A program made the position numbers and the translations under genes. This document shows, one piece after another, positions 1-9,740 of a DNA stretch of 64,000 nucleotides. The stretch comes from an uncultured Maribacter sp. (GTDB lineage Bacteria; Bacteroidota; Bacteroidia; Flavobacteriales; Flavobacteriaceae): contig NZ_CAXBGF010000006.1 in assembly GCF_963975365.1 (NCBI RefSeq), positions 57,718-121,717 of the forward strand, read 5' to 3'. The notes under the pieces were generated by a model. The model made no database searches and was not told the DNA's origin. It was given only the letters and a program-made list of their open reading frames with translations. How positions within the stretch are numbered: the stretch's first letter is position 1; every line of letters begins with the position of its first letter.

Positions 1-601
1 TACATCATACTCCACACCGGTTTTTAATTATAAAGACAATCAGTTTAGTTTTCAATATATTGAATTTCAACCATTAATATTCAACGATAATCAGTTTGAA
101 TCTAATTTGGTGAGTGTATTGTCGTATTATGCGTATATAGTTTTAGGTCTAGATGCAGACACCTTTGCTTTAGAAGGTGGTACTGATTTTTATAGAAAGG
201 CACAGAATATTGTGACCATGGCGCAAGGAAGTAATTTTGCTGGATGGAGTCAATCTGCAGACTCTAATAGAAGTAGGTTTGAATTGGTAGATAACCTATT
301 GTCAAACACGTATAGGGAATACCGAATTGCAATGTATAATTACCATAGAAAAGGGTTAGATATTATGTCCGATAATAATAGTACTGGAAAACAAGTGATT
401 GCAGGTACCATGAATCTTTTTCAGACAATGATCAATAGAAGGCCTAATGCGTTTTTGATTTCTACGTTCTTTGATGCAAAATCTGAAGAGATACAAAATA
501 TTTTTTCCGACGGACCAAAGGTAGATATTGTTAAATTGAAGGAAACCTTAAATAAAATTGCTCCATTATACGCTACTACCTGGAACGATATTAAATATTG
601 A
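1..601 (+). CDS. DUF4835 family protein (PorD-like, T9SS-associated); 5' end lies outside the window
   Basis: Frame 2 is open from nt 2 to the TGA at 599-601, so the TTG at 107 in the ORF track is not the real start. The sequence YYAYIVLGLDADTF...SRFELVDNLL recalls the Bacteroidota DUF4835 family, which often sits upstream of recN. Confidence 0.55.
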   Translation, partial: TSYSTPVFNYKDNQFSFQYIEFQPLIFNDNQFESNLVSVLSYYAYIVLGLDADTFALEGGTDFYRKAQNIVTMAQGSNFAGWSQSADSNRSRFELVDNLLSNTYREYRIAMYNYHRKGLDIMSDNNSTGKQVIAGTMNLFQTMINRRPNAFLISTFFDAKSEEIQNIFSDGPKVDIVKLKETLNKIAPLYATTWNDIKY

Positions 602-655
602 ACCTTTTTTCAAAACGGAATATAGATTACCTTTGTTGATCTAAAATTCTGTAGC

Positions 656-2311
656 GTGCTTTCAACTCTTACCATAACAAATTATGCATTAATTGATAGT
701 CTTGAAGTAGACTTCGATAAAGGTTTTACCGTAATTACAGGTGAGACAGGTGCAGGTAAATCAATTCTACTTGGTGGTTTATCTCTTGTGCTTGGCAAAC
801 GGGCAGATTTATCTTCTTTACGGGTAAAGGATGAAAAATGTATTATTGAGGGTATTTTCAAAATTGATTCCTACGGACTTCAGAATTTCTTTGAAGAGAA
901 CGATTTAGATTATGATGTTAGTACAGTCATTAGAAGGGAGATTTTACCAAGTGGTAAGTCACGGGCTTTTATAAATGATACTCCAGTAACTTTAGATGTG
1001 CTTTCTAGACTTGGTGAAAATTTAATTGATATTCACTCTCAGCACCAGACCATGCAATTAACCGAAAATGACTTTCAGTTAAAATTGATAGATGCATTGG
1101 CAGATAATCAGAAACGATTATTAGCATATGGCAAAGGTTTAAAAACGTACCGTAAAACACAAAAAGAACTTCAAGGTTTAATTGAAAAGCAAAACTCGGC
1201 TAACAAAGAACAAGATTATAATTCTTTTTTGTTGACTGAACTGGAGAAAGCTCCTTTGAAAATAGGTATTGTTGAAGCGCTAGAAGAGGAGTACGAGCAA
1301 TTAAACAATGTTGAATTGATCATGGCGCAATTATCTAAAGGTGACCAATTGTTTAATGACGAGCAAATAGGAGTACTATCTTTAGTAACCGAAATGAGAC
1401 AGTCCTTATCGAAATTGGTCGATTTTGGGTCGAATTTTAAAGAGTTACATCAACGTGTACAATCAGTATTTATAGAATTAGATGATGTAAGTTCAGAATT
1501 ACAACGATTGCAAGAAGGTGTTGAAGCTGACCCTAAAATGCTGGAAGAGGTGAATGGGAAGCTACAGCTTCTTTATAATTTGTTGAAAAAGCATAATGTA
1601 AGTGAGGTTTCAGAATTGATTACCATAAAAAATGACCTTGCAGACAAAGTTTTTGAGACGGCTCATTTAGATGAAAAGATTTCATTGAAGACACGCGAGT
1701 TGCAAGAGATAGAATCTGCATTAGAGGAACAGGCTTTTGTATTACGTGAAAAGCGAATTGCGGTCATACCAAAATTGAAATCGAAGTTAGAAGCGGATTT
1801 AACGTTATTGGGAATGCCTAGTGCATCTTTTGAAATTGAATTAAGCGCAACCGATACCTACACAACAACAGGAATGGATGAGCTTTCCTTCCTTTTTACA
1901 GCAAATAGAGGTGGTAGTTATGGTGAGTTGAAAAAAGTAGCATCTGGGGGAGAATTATCCAGAATTATGTTAGTAATAAAAGCGATTCTTGCTAAATATG
2001 AAAAACTGCCCACAATAATGTTTGATGAAATTGACACTGGTGTATCTGGAGAAATTTCAAACAGAATGGCGGATATAATGAAAGATATGAGTGCTGATTT
2101 ACAAGTGTTTTCAATAACTCATTTACCCCAAGTCGCATCAAAAGGAAATAATCATTTTAAAGTGTTTAAAACTGAAGGAGCTGAACGTACGATGACTAAC
2201 ATGAAAAAATTAACGACTGACGAAAGGGTTGTCGAATTGGCACATATGCTGGGAGGTAAAGACCTATCGGACTCAGCATTGGCTCATGCAAGACAATTAA
2301 TGAATACGTGA
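656..2311 (+). CDS. recN: DNA repair protein RecN
   Basis: 551 aa. N-terminal Walker A (GETGAGKSIL), long coiled-coil middle, C-terminal SMC signature and Walker B (ASGGELSRIMLVIK...MFDEIDTGVSG). GTG start. Confidence 0.95.
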   Translation: MLSTLTITNYALIDSLEVDFDKGFTVITGETGAGKSILLGGLSLVLGKRADLSSLRVKDEKCIIEGIFKIDSYGLQNFFEENDLDYDVSTVIRREILPSGKSRAFINDTPVTLDVLSRLGENLIDIHSQHQTMQLTENDFQLKLIDALADNQKRLLAYGKGLKTYRKTQKELQGLIEKQNSANKEQDYNSFLLTELEKAPLKIGIVEALEEEYEQLNNVELIMAQLSKGDQLFNDEQIGVLSLVTEMRQSLSKLVDFGSNFKELHQRVQSVFIELDDVSSELQRLQEGVEADPKMLEEVNGKLQLLYNLLKKHNVSEVSELITIKNDLADKVFETAHLDEKISLKTRELQEIESALEEQAFVLREKRIAVIPKLKSKLEADLTLLGMPSASFEIELSATDTYTTTGMDELSFLFTANRGGSYGELKKVASGGELSRIMLVIKAILAKYEKLPTIMFDEIDTGVSGEISNRMADIMKDMSADLQVFSITHLPQVASKGNNHFKVFKTEGAERTMTNMKKLTTDERVVELAHMLGGKDLSDSALAHARQLMNT

Positions 2312-2447
2312 TTAAGAGTTTATTTTGGATTCACTTAGATTGCCAGTGGTAATTTTGTGAAATCTAATCTTATAGAATGCCCCTGACTTTATGTAGTTGA
2401 TATGGGTATTTACTACACACTTCAATTCGGTTTTAACATATTTTAGA

Positions 2448-2455
2448 TATCTTTG
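2448..2455 (+). promoter_or_regulatory. Candidate Bacteroidota sigmaA -7 box (TATCTTTG) for fabI
   Basis: Exact match to TAnnTTTG, 32 nt upstream of the fabI ATG. Confidence 0.4.
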
Positions 2456-2486
2456 AATTATAACTTTAACTATTGAATTAACTATC

Positions 2487-3293
2487 ATGGGATATAACTT
2501 ATTAAAAGGGAAAAGGGGAATTATTTTTGGAGCATTAGATGAGAATTCTATTGCATGGAAAACAGCACAAACTGTACATGATGAAGGTGGTACTTTTGTT
2601 TTGACAAATGCCCCAATTGCAATGAGAATGGGTCAGATTGATGAACTTGCAAAAAAAACCGGTTCTCAGATTATTCCTGCAGATGCTACAAGCGTTGAAG
2701 ATTTGGATAATTTAGTTGCTAAGTCAGTGGAGATTTTAGGAGGCAAGATTGATTTTGTATTGCATTCTATCGGTATGTCGGTAAATGTTCGTAAAGGACG
2801 TGCTTACACTGATGAAAAATATGATTTCACTGCTAAAGGATGGGATGTATCGGCTCTTTCTTTTCATAAAGTATTACAATCATTATATAAGGCTGATGCT
2901 ATGAATGAATGGGGAAGTGTTGTTGCTTTGACCTATATGGCTGCACAACGAACGTTCCCGGATTATAATGATATGGCAGATAACAAAGCATATTTAGAAT
3001 CTATTGCACGTAGTTTTGGTTATTTCTTTGGAAAAGAAAAGAAAGTTAGAGTGAATACAATTTCACAATCTCCGACAGCAACTACAGCTGGGCAAGGTGT
3101 TAAAGGTTTTGATGGTTTTATTAGTTATGCAGAGAAAATGTCTCCACTGGGTAATGCAACTGCTCAAGATTGTGCGGATTACACGGTAACCTTGTTCTCT
3201 GACTTAACCAGAAAAGTTACCATGCAGAACTTGTTTCATGACGGTGGTTTTTCCAATACAGGGGTAAGTCAAGAAGTTATAGAGAAATTTTAA
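2487..3293 (+). CDS. fabI: Enoyl-[acyl-carrier-protein] reductase (NADH), FabI type
   Basis: 268 aa. SDR-like N-terminus (GKRGIIFGALDENSIAW) and FabI-type active-site region (ALTYMAAQRTFPDYNDMADNKAYLES). Confidence 0.9.
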   Translation: MGYNLLKGKRGIIFGALDENSIAWKTAQTVHDEGGTFVLTNAPIAMRMGQIDELAKKTGSQIIPADATSVEDLDNLVAKSVEILGGKIDFVLHSIGMSVNVRKGRAYTDEKYDFTAKGWDVSALSFHKVLQSLYKADAMNEWGSVVALTYMAAQRTFPDYNDMADNKAYLESIARSFGYFFGKEKKVRVNTISQSPTATTAGQGVKGFDGFISYAEKMSPLGNATAQDCADYTVTLFSDLTRKVTMQNLFHDGGFSNTGVSQEVIEKF

Positions 3294-3348
3294 TCAGGTC
3301 TTCAATCATCCTTTTTTTTAGGAGCCTATTTATTAAAGGAAAGTAATA

Positions 3349-4356
3349 ATGGACTTATCGTTTTCTTTTATCATTCCCGTATACAATAGACCCAATGAAA
3401 TTAAGGAGCTGTTGAATAGTCTACGGTTACAAACCTATGATAAAACTTTTGAGGTGGTCATTGTCGAAGACGGCTCTACTATCTCATCAGAAGATGTTAT
3501 AGGTGAGTATCTAGATTCAGTTTCCATATCCTATTATAAAAAACGAAATTCAGGTCCAGGAGATTCTCGTAATTACGGAATGGGCAAGGCTAATGGTAAT
3601 TATTTTATAATACTAGACTCCGATTGTATACTTCCTCCTGAATATCTACAAGTAGTAGAAAAGAGTTTAAAAGAAGATTTTGTACACTGTTATGGAGGGC
3701 CAGATGCTGCACATAAATCTTTTACGGTCGTACAAAAGGCAATTAATTATGCCATGACTTCATTTTTGACTACTGGCGGAATTCGTGGTGGTAAAAAAGC
3801 AGTAGATAAATTTCAGCCTAGAAGCTTCAACATGGGTATTTCGAAAGAGGCTTTTGAAAATGTAGGCGGTTATGGAAATATTCACCCAGGGGAAGATCCA
3901 GACCTTGCCATACGTATCTGGGAAAAAGGTTATAGAACCAAATTAATTTCATCAGCCTTTGTGTTTCATAAAAGACGTATAGATTGGAATAAGTTTTATA
4001 TACAGGTAAATAAGTTCGGAATGGTAAGGCCTATTTTAAATTTTTGGCACCCTGAAACAAAAAAAATAACCTATTGGTTTCCTACACTATTCTGTCTTGG
4101 TCTATTGATTTCGATTTTATTGTTTATAGTTGGTTTTAAAATTCCATTATATTTCTACGCAGCCTATTTTTTAATTTTGTTTATAGATGCGTTGCATAAA
4201 ACTAGAAATTTGAAGGTTGCCTTTTTAGCACTATTGGCAACTGCGATACAATTTTTCGGATATGGGTACGGATTTTTAAAATCAACCTTGTATATTAATT
4301 TGATCAATAAAAAACCAGAGGAAATTTTTCCTAAATTATTTTTTAGAGTTAATTGA
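3349..4356 (+). CDS. Family 2 glycosyltransferase with C-terminal membrane helices
   Basis: GT-A N-terminus (SFIIPVYNRPNEI...VIVEDGST...ILDSDC) followed by a hydrophobic C-terminal third. Confidence 0.85.
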   Translation: MDLSFSFIIPVYNRPNEIKELLNSLRLQTYDKTFEVVIVEDGSTISSEDVIGEYLDSVSISYYKKRNSGPGDSRNYGMGKANGNYFIILDSDCILPPEYLQVVEKSLKEDFVHCYGGPDAAHKSFTVVQKAINYAMTSFLTTGGIRGGKKAVDKFQPRSFNMGISKEAFENVGGYGNIHPGEDPDLAIRIWEKGYRTKLISSAFVFHKRRIDWNKFYIQVNKFGMVRPILNFWHPETKKITYWFPTLFCLGLLISILLFIVGFKIPLYFYAAYFLILFIDALHKTRNLKVAFLALLATAIQFFGYGYGFLKSTLYINLINKKPEEIFPKLFFRVN

Positions 4357-5321
4357 TGGAACGGCTATTGGAATGGATACGTACAGGATTGAAAAAAAGA
4401 AAGGTGAAAGTCTTTCTTGTATTTTTATTATGTGCTTCGCTAGCCTGGTTAATTAATAAACTTTCACAAACTTATACGAGCAATACAACTTTTAATATTA
4501 CTTATGTTAATATTCCTTCAGAGTTTTTATTGGCAAATACCCCTAAAAAAGAACTTCAAGTAAGATTGAAGGCGGTTGGGTTTCAATTTTTAGGTTACCA
4601 ATTAAAGCCAAAAGAGATTCAATTAGATGTTAGTAAAGTAATGCACAAAGACGATAGCTATTATTTAACCTCAGATCAGATTAGAATACAATTAGAAGCT
4701 CAACTTAATAATTACAGTACATTAACTGATTTCGATAGTGATGTTATTCATTTCGATTTTACCTCGTTGAAAACAAAAAAAGTTCCTGTTAGAGCAATGA
4801 TGGAATTGACATTTGCTGCCAATCATATTTTAGAGGGGCAAATATTATTACAGCCAGATTCTATTCTAATTTCAGGTCCTAAAAGTCAGATTGATACCAT
4901 TGACATTATAGAAACAGAACTGATTAAAATTGATGATTTAGATAATTCATTTTCGAAAGATGTTGCATTAAAGTTGCCTAAGCAATTGAATGGAACTACT
5001 TTTTCAAATGATTTTGTTAATGTTAGCGGTAATGTGGTTAAATTTTCTGAGCTAGTTATCGAGGTGCCAGTTACGGTAATAAATTTACCGCCAAATGTAG
5101 AGATGAGAACTTTTCCTGAAATTATAGAAGTGCGATGCCAAGGTACATTGGAACGCTTAAAAGAATTAGAGGTTAAGGATTTTGAGGTAGTAGCAGATTA
5201 TTCAAAGATCTCTTCAGCAACCGGAAATCGTTTGTCGATTAGATTAAAAAAATACCCTAAGACGTTGAACAATGTTATGATAGATACCAATGAAATTGAA
5301 TTTATTTTAAGAAGGGAATGA
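4356..5321 (+). CDS. YbbR-like domain-containing membrane-anchored protein
   Basis: N-terminal TM helix then repeated beta-rich YbbR-like segments. The ATG at 4356 overlaps the GT2 stop (ATGA-type junction). Family call is from memory. Confidence 0.6.
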   Translation: MERLLEWIRTGLKKRKVKVFLVFLLCASLAWLINKLSQTYTSNTTFNITYVNIPSEFLLANTPKKELQVRLKAVGFQFLGYQLKPKEIQLDVSKVMHKDDSYYLTSDQIRIQLEAQLNNYSTLTDFDSDVIHFDFTSLKTKKVPVRAMMELTFAANHILEGQILLQPDSILISGPKSQIDTIDIIETELIKIDDLDNSFSKDVALKLPKQLNGTTFSNDFVNVSGNVVKFSELVIEVPVTVINLPPNVEMRTFPEIIEVRCQGTLERLKELEVKDFEVVADYSKISSATGNRLSIRLKKYPKTLNNVMIDTNEIEFILRRE

Positions 5322-5902
5322 TTGTAGTAGGACTAACAGGTGGTATAGGAAGTGGTAAGTCTACCATAGCAGCAATGTTTCGAGAGCTCGGTGTGCCCGT
5401 GTATGATTCTGATGAGCGGGCTAAGTATTTAATGAATACCTCAAAAAAAATAAGGAAGCAGATAGTTGAACTTTTAGGTGAAAAAGCATACTTAGAAGAT
5501 AAATTAAATAGAGCATATATCGCAAAAAAGGTTTTCAATAATTCTGATTTGTTAAAGAACGTTAATCAAATAGTGCATCCTATGGTTCGGAAAGATTTTC
5601 TAAAATGGACAAAAAAACAAAATGCCCCATATGTAATTCAAGAAACGGCATTGCTTTTTGAAAATAATGCCCAAGAGTTTTATGATTCGGTAATTTTAAT
5701 AACCAGCCCCATAGCGATGAGAATAGATCGAATTTTATCTCGCGATAAATCAACGAAAGCGCAGATTGTGGCCAGAATGAATAATCAACTTGATGATGAA
5801 ACAAAGTTAAAATTAACCGATTTTGTCATAGACAATATTGACTTGAAAACTACAGCCTTAAAAGTTCTTGAAATACATGAAGCTATTCTAGCTGATTGTT
5901 AG
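5318..5902 (+). CDS. coaE: Dephospho-CoA kinase
   Basis: 194 aa. P-loop (GLTGGIGSGKST), CoaE-typical length and motifs. Start overlaps the upstream stop. Confidence 0.9.
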   Translation: MIVVGLTGGIGSGKSTIAAMFRELGVPVYDSDERAKYLMNTSKKIRKQIVELLGEKAYLEDKLNRAYIAKKVFNNSDLLKNVNQIVHPMVRKDFLKWTKKQNAPYVIQETALLFENNAQEFYDSVILITSPIAMRIDRILSRDKSTKAQIVARMNNQLDDETKLKLTDFVIDNIDLKTTALKVLEIHEAILADC

Positions 5903-5985
5903 ACCTTTAGTAATTTTAACATTTTTGTTAAGGTTAGGTTAAACGTACTATCGTCTAACTGTTAAATCTTTAATTTTATCCCTCA

Positions 5986-7566
5986 ATGAACAAAAAGTTA
6001 TTTGTGCTCTTAGTGGTTTTAATGAGCCTTTCTCTTATTGGTCTGATTTTCGTTCAAAGCTTCTGGATTAAAAAATCTATTGATAGCAGTGAAGAGCAAT
6101 TCTCGAGTAGTGTTTCTGAAGCATTGAACAGTGTCACCAATAAAATTTCTGAAAGAGAAACTAAGAACTACTTCGATAGATATTTAAATGCAAAAGATAG
6201 TATTGGTGAGCTTAAAGGTACACAGCTAACAAATTTTTTCTTCATTGATAGGGATGTCAATTCTAATGAAATTCTACTGTATGAACACGGTATTTTGGAA
6301 GAGGATTATGGTATTTCGTCTACGTTCTTTGATAGTACTGATGGTTTAGATACCACTATTATTAAAAATTATACAAGCAAACGAACAACCTCTATCTTTA
6401 AAGAGGATTTCGATTTAGAAGGTAATGCCTTTCGTTTAAATCCTATTCAGCGTATTGAAAAAATAGGAGGTCTTAATAAAATGGAAAAGGCAGCCATGGA
6501 AGAGATGTTTATGGTGCACGCAAAACGAACAGCCATTCATAAGAGGGTTTCTAAGCAGGAAATTGAATTGTTGTTGCAACGTGAATTAGAAAATAGAGGT
6601 ATAGATATTTCATTTGAATACGGTGTTTATAGTAATAGTTTGCCGACCAAAATTAAATCGAATAGGTTTAAGTATGCGGAAACCAATATTTATAAATCGC
6701 CCATGTTTGTTGACTTTGAGGGAGTTTCAAATTTCGATTTGCTAATATCCTTTCCGAAGAAAAAACGTTTTTTGGTTCAATCTATTTTAGGTTTGGCTTT
6801 ACTTTCGTTATTGTTTACCATAATTATTGTGGTGGCGTATTCTGGGGCAATTTATCAATTGATTCGTCAGAAACAGATTTCTGAAATAAAAACAGATTTC
6901 ATTAACAACATGACGCATGAATTTAAAACACCGATAGCGACAATAAACTTAGCGGTAGAAGCTATTAAAAATCCTAAAATTATTGGGGATCAAGAGAAGG
7001 TGTTGCGATACTTGCAGATGATTCGAGATGAAAACAAAAGAATGCACGCTCAAGTAGAAAACGTCTTGCGTATATCCAAGTTAGAGAAAAATCAACTTGA
7101 TATTAGTAAGGATAGGGTTAATGTACATGATATAATAGAAGATGCTATTACACATGTAGAGCTAATTGTGGATGATAGAGGTGGGTATATACATACACAT
7201 TTAGATGCTGAACGATCAGAAGTATTAGCAAACGAAATGCATTTTACCAATGTATTAGTGAACATGCTCGATAATGCCATTAAATATTCTGAACAGGCAC
7301 CTAAAATAGATGTGTATACAGAAAGAGCAAAGAATTACATCATCATCAAGGTTCAAGATCAAGGTACTGGTATGAGTAAAGGTGTTCTCAAGAAAGTTTT
7401 TGAAAAATTCTATAGAGAACACACAGGAGATATACACAACGTTAAGGGGCATGGTTTAGGATTGGCCTACGTTAAAAAAATAGTTGAAGATCACCAAGGT
7501 GAAGTATACGCCGAAAGTGAAAAAGGAAAAGGAAGTACGTTTTACATCAAACTGCCGTTAATATAA
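5986..7566 (+). CDS. Sensor histidine kinase (HisKA + HATPase_c)
   Basis: Two TM segments around a periplasmic region, H-box (FINNMTHEFKTPIATI), N-box (LVNMLDNAIKY) and G-boxes (DQGTGM, GHGLGLAYVKK). Confidence 0.85.
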   Translation: MNKKLFVLLVVLMSLSLIGLIFVQSFWIKKSIDSSEEQFSSSVSEALNSVTNKISERETKNYFDRYLNAKDSIGELKGTQLTNFFFIDRDVNSNEILLYEHGILEEDYGISSTFFDSTDGLDTTIIKNYTSKRTTSIFKEDFDLEGNAFRLNPIQRIEKIGGLNKMEKAAMEEMFMVHAKRTAIHKRVSKQEIELLLQRELENRGIDISFEYGVYSNSLPTKIKSNRFKYAETNIYKSPMFVDFEGVSNFDLLISFPKKKRFLVQSILGLALLSLLFTIIIVVAYSGAIYQLIRQKQISEIKTDFINNMTHEFKTPIATINLAVEAIKNPKIIGDQEKVLRYLQMIRDENKRMHAQVENVLRISKLEKNQLDISKDRVNVHDIIEDAITHVELIVDDRGGYIHTHLDAERSEVLANEMHFTNVLVNMLDNAIKYSEQAPKIDVYTERAKNYIIIKVQDQGTGMSKGVLKKVFEKFYREHTGDIHNVKGHGLGLAYVKKIVEDHQGEVYAESEKGKGSTFYIKLPLI

Positions 7567-7571
7567 ATATT

Positions 7572-8285
7572 ATGGAAACAATAAATAAGAAAATACTTTT
7601 AGTTGAGGACGATCCAAATTTTGGTATTGTATTGAAAGATTATTTGTCTATGAATGACTTCGATGTCACATTAGCCAAAAATGGAATGGAAGGTTTTGAA
7701 AAGTTCAAAAAGGATAATTTTGATATCTGTATTTTGGATGTAATGATGCCTTATAAAGATGGATTTACTTTAGCAAAAGAGATTCGAGAAAAGAACGAGA
7801 ATGTACCTATTGTTTTTCTAACTGCAAAAACAATGAAGGAAGATGTTCTAAAAGGATATAAAGCTGGTGCAGATGATTATTTGAATAAGCCTTTCGATTC
7901 TGAAGTATTGTTGATGAAATTGAAAGCTATTCTTCAAAGAAAAGCTTCTAATGGTTTAGCTGATAGCAAAAAATTTGAATTCAAAATTGGTGGTTTTCAC
8001 TTGAATTCTAAATTGAGATTTCTTAAATATAAAGATAACGAAGCTATCAAGTTATCACCAAAAGAGAATGAATTGTTACGCTTATTGGCATTACATGAAA
8101 ATGATTTAATGCCACGTGAATTAGCATTGACCAAGATATGGAGAGATGATAATTACTTTACTTCTCGTAGTATGGATGTATATATCGCCAAATTACGTAA
8201 GTATTTAAAAGTTGATGATACGGTTGAAATATTGAATATTCACGGAGAAGGTTTCCGTTTGGTAGTCAAGACTGAAGATGAATAA
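7572..8285 (+). CDS. OmpR/PhoB-family response regulator
   Basis: Receiver motifs (LLVEDDP...ILDVMMP...LTAK...YLNKPF) plus a winged-helix C-terminus. Lies 5 nt downstream of the kinase. Confidence 0.9.
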   Translation: METINKKILLVEDDPNFGIVLKDYLSMNDFDVTLAKNGMEGFEKFKKDNFDICILDVMMPYKDGFTLAKEIREKNENVPIVFLTAKTMKEDVLKGYKAGADDYLNKPFDSEVLLMKLKAILQRKASNGLADSKKFEFKIGGFHLNSKLRFLKYKDNEAIKLSPKENELLRLLALHENDLMPRELALTKIWRDDNYFTSRSMDVYIAKLRKYLKVDDTVEILNIHGEGFRLVVKTEDE

Positions 8286-8300
8286 ATTTTAGTAACATTT

Positions 8301-8340
8301 AAAACCAAAAAGCATCCTTAATAGGATGCTTTTTGGTTTT
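8301..8340. terminator. Bidirectional rho-independent terminator between convergent genes
   Basis: Perfect hairpin AAAACCAAAAAGCATCC-ttaata-GGATGCTTTTTGGTTTT, flanked by A/T runs on both strands. Confidence 0.7.
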
Positions 8341-8827
8341 AAAGCTTTTTAGTAATCTCGGTTAAGATTTCGCTAGGTGTTTGGTCAATGGAAATGGTAA
8401 GAACGTTGGTAGGTATTTCTAAGGTGTCAAATTGAGACTGTAAAAGTCCTTTTGGCATGTAGTGATTCTTACGTTCATTTAAACGCTTGTTAATTAGTTC
8501 AAAGCTTCCGTTTAAATAGATGATTTTATATTTACCTTCTAAATTTTGCCCCAAAATAGTCCTATACTTTTCTTTAAGTGCTGAACAAACAATTACTGCC
8601 CCTGTTGATATATTATTCAATGCAACTTCATTTAACCGCTCTAACCAACCTTGGCGATCATCGTCATTCAAAGGTTTTCCTTCACTCATTTTCTTGACAT
8701 TTGCCTCCGGATGAAAACTGTCTCCATCAAAGAACGGAATCTTCAACTTTTCAGCCAGCAGTTTTCCAATAGTTGATTTTCCACTACCGGAAACTCCCAT
8801 GACAAACAAGATTTGTGATTTAACCAT
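8339..8827 (-). CDS. gntK: Gluconokinase
   Basis: 162 aa. MGVSGSGKST P-loop, then FFDGDSFHP...PLNDDDRQGWL...VCSALK, which closely parallels E. coli GntK. Confidence 0.85.
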   Translation of the reverse strand: MVKSQILFVMGVSGSGKSTIGKLLAEKLKIPFFDGDSFHPEANVKKMSEGKPLNDDDRQGWLERLNEVALNNISTGAVIVCSALKEKYRTILGQNLEGKYKIIYLNGSFELINKRLNERKNHYMPKGLLQSQFDTLEIPTNVLTISIDQTPSEILTEITKKL

Positions 8828-9740
8828 TCTTTAATTTTAAAATTTCAGTATTTATTTTGTTTAATATATTTTTTTGTTCATAGTCATAATTAAACCAACG
8901 GGTGTCTTCATTTTTAAAAAACCATGTAAGTTGTCTTTTTGCAAATCTTCTGGTATTTTTCTTAATTTCTGAAATTGCGAATTCTAAGGTCCACTCGTTA
9001 TCAAAGAAATTGAACAGTTCTTTATAACCAACGGTTTGCAATGCATTATAATTTCTATATGGTAGTACTTCTTTGGCTTCTTCAAGAAGGCCTGCCGCTA
9101 TCATTACATCAACTCTTTGGTTGATGCGGTCATAGATTATAGTCCTATCTGCTTTTATGCCCACTGTTATGACTCTGAAATCTCTTTTAGCTTTGGGCTT
9201 ATCTATAAATGAAGAATAAGGCTTTCCACTACCGATAGTTACTTCAAGAGCTCTAATTACACGTTGTGGATTATGAATATCTACCTGTTTGAAATAAAGC
9301 GGATCTAACCTTTCTAATTTTTCTTGTAAATATTCAATTCCATGCTCTTTGAGTTCAAAATTCAGTGCCTCTCTAACATTCGATTTAATTGTTGGAAAGG
9401 AATTTAATCCTTCGGTAACAGCATTGACATAAAGTCCGCTACCACCAACCATAATTACAACTTCATTTGTTTTAAAGAGAGAAGCTATTTTTTTAATAGC
9501 ATCTCGCTCAAAATCTCCAACCGAATAGGGCTCGGTTATACTTTTGTGTTGAATAAAATGATGCTTTGCAAGTTTTAATTCTTCGCTTGTTGGTACAGCT
9601 GTACCAATATTCATTTCTTTGAAAAACTGTCTAGAATCGGCTGAAATTATTTCAGTACGGTAATACTGAGCCAATAAAATTGCCAGTTTGGTTTTACCAA
9701 TAGCGGTAGGGCCTACAACAGAAATAAGAATTTTATTCAT
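8820..9740 (-). CDS. miaA: tRNA dimethylallyltransferase
   Basis: 306 aa. GPTAIGKT P-loop and MiaA-typical motifs (SADSRQ...MNIGTA, GGSGLY). Overlaps gntK by 8 nt. Confidence 0.95.
   Translation of the reverse strand: MNKILISVVGPTAIGKTKLAILLAQYYRTEIISADSRQFFKEMNIGTAVPTSEELKLAKHHFIQHKSITEPYSVGDFERDAIKKIASLFKTNEVVIMVGGSGLYVNAVTEGLNSFPTIKSNVREALNFELKEHGIEYLQEKLERLDPLYFKQVDIHNPQRVIRALEVTIGSGKPYSSFIDKPKAKRDFRVITVGIKADRTIIYDRINQRVDVMIAAGLLEEAKEVLPYRNYNALQTVGYKELFNFFDNEWTLEFAISEIKKNTRRFAKRQLTWFFKNEDTRWFNYDYEQKNILNKINTEILKLKNG

Noticed and set aside
5302-5538. 78-aa minus-strand ORF overlapping coaE, and similar antisense ORFs. Examples: 5580-5804, 7092-7452, 8520-8714, 10037-10279, 10803-11654, 12401-12589, 13137-13499, 13655-13861, 16610-16936, 18316-18570, 19227-21473, 23013-23238, 23637-24036, 27574-27783, 35777-36901, 38334-38984, 39509-39697, 41766-42092, 42425-42706, 45544-45822, 46848-47033, 49292-49486, 50054-50239, 58316-59072, 60011-60277, 60779-60979, 62195-62530 and 63233-63646.
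   Set aside because: All lie fully inside, and antisense or out of frame to, long ORFs with unmistakable family motifs. Their products are low-complexity, S/L/F/I-rich shadow translations of the kind expected in AT-rich DNA.
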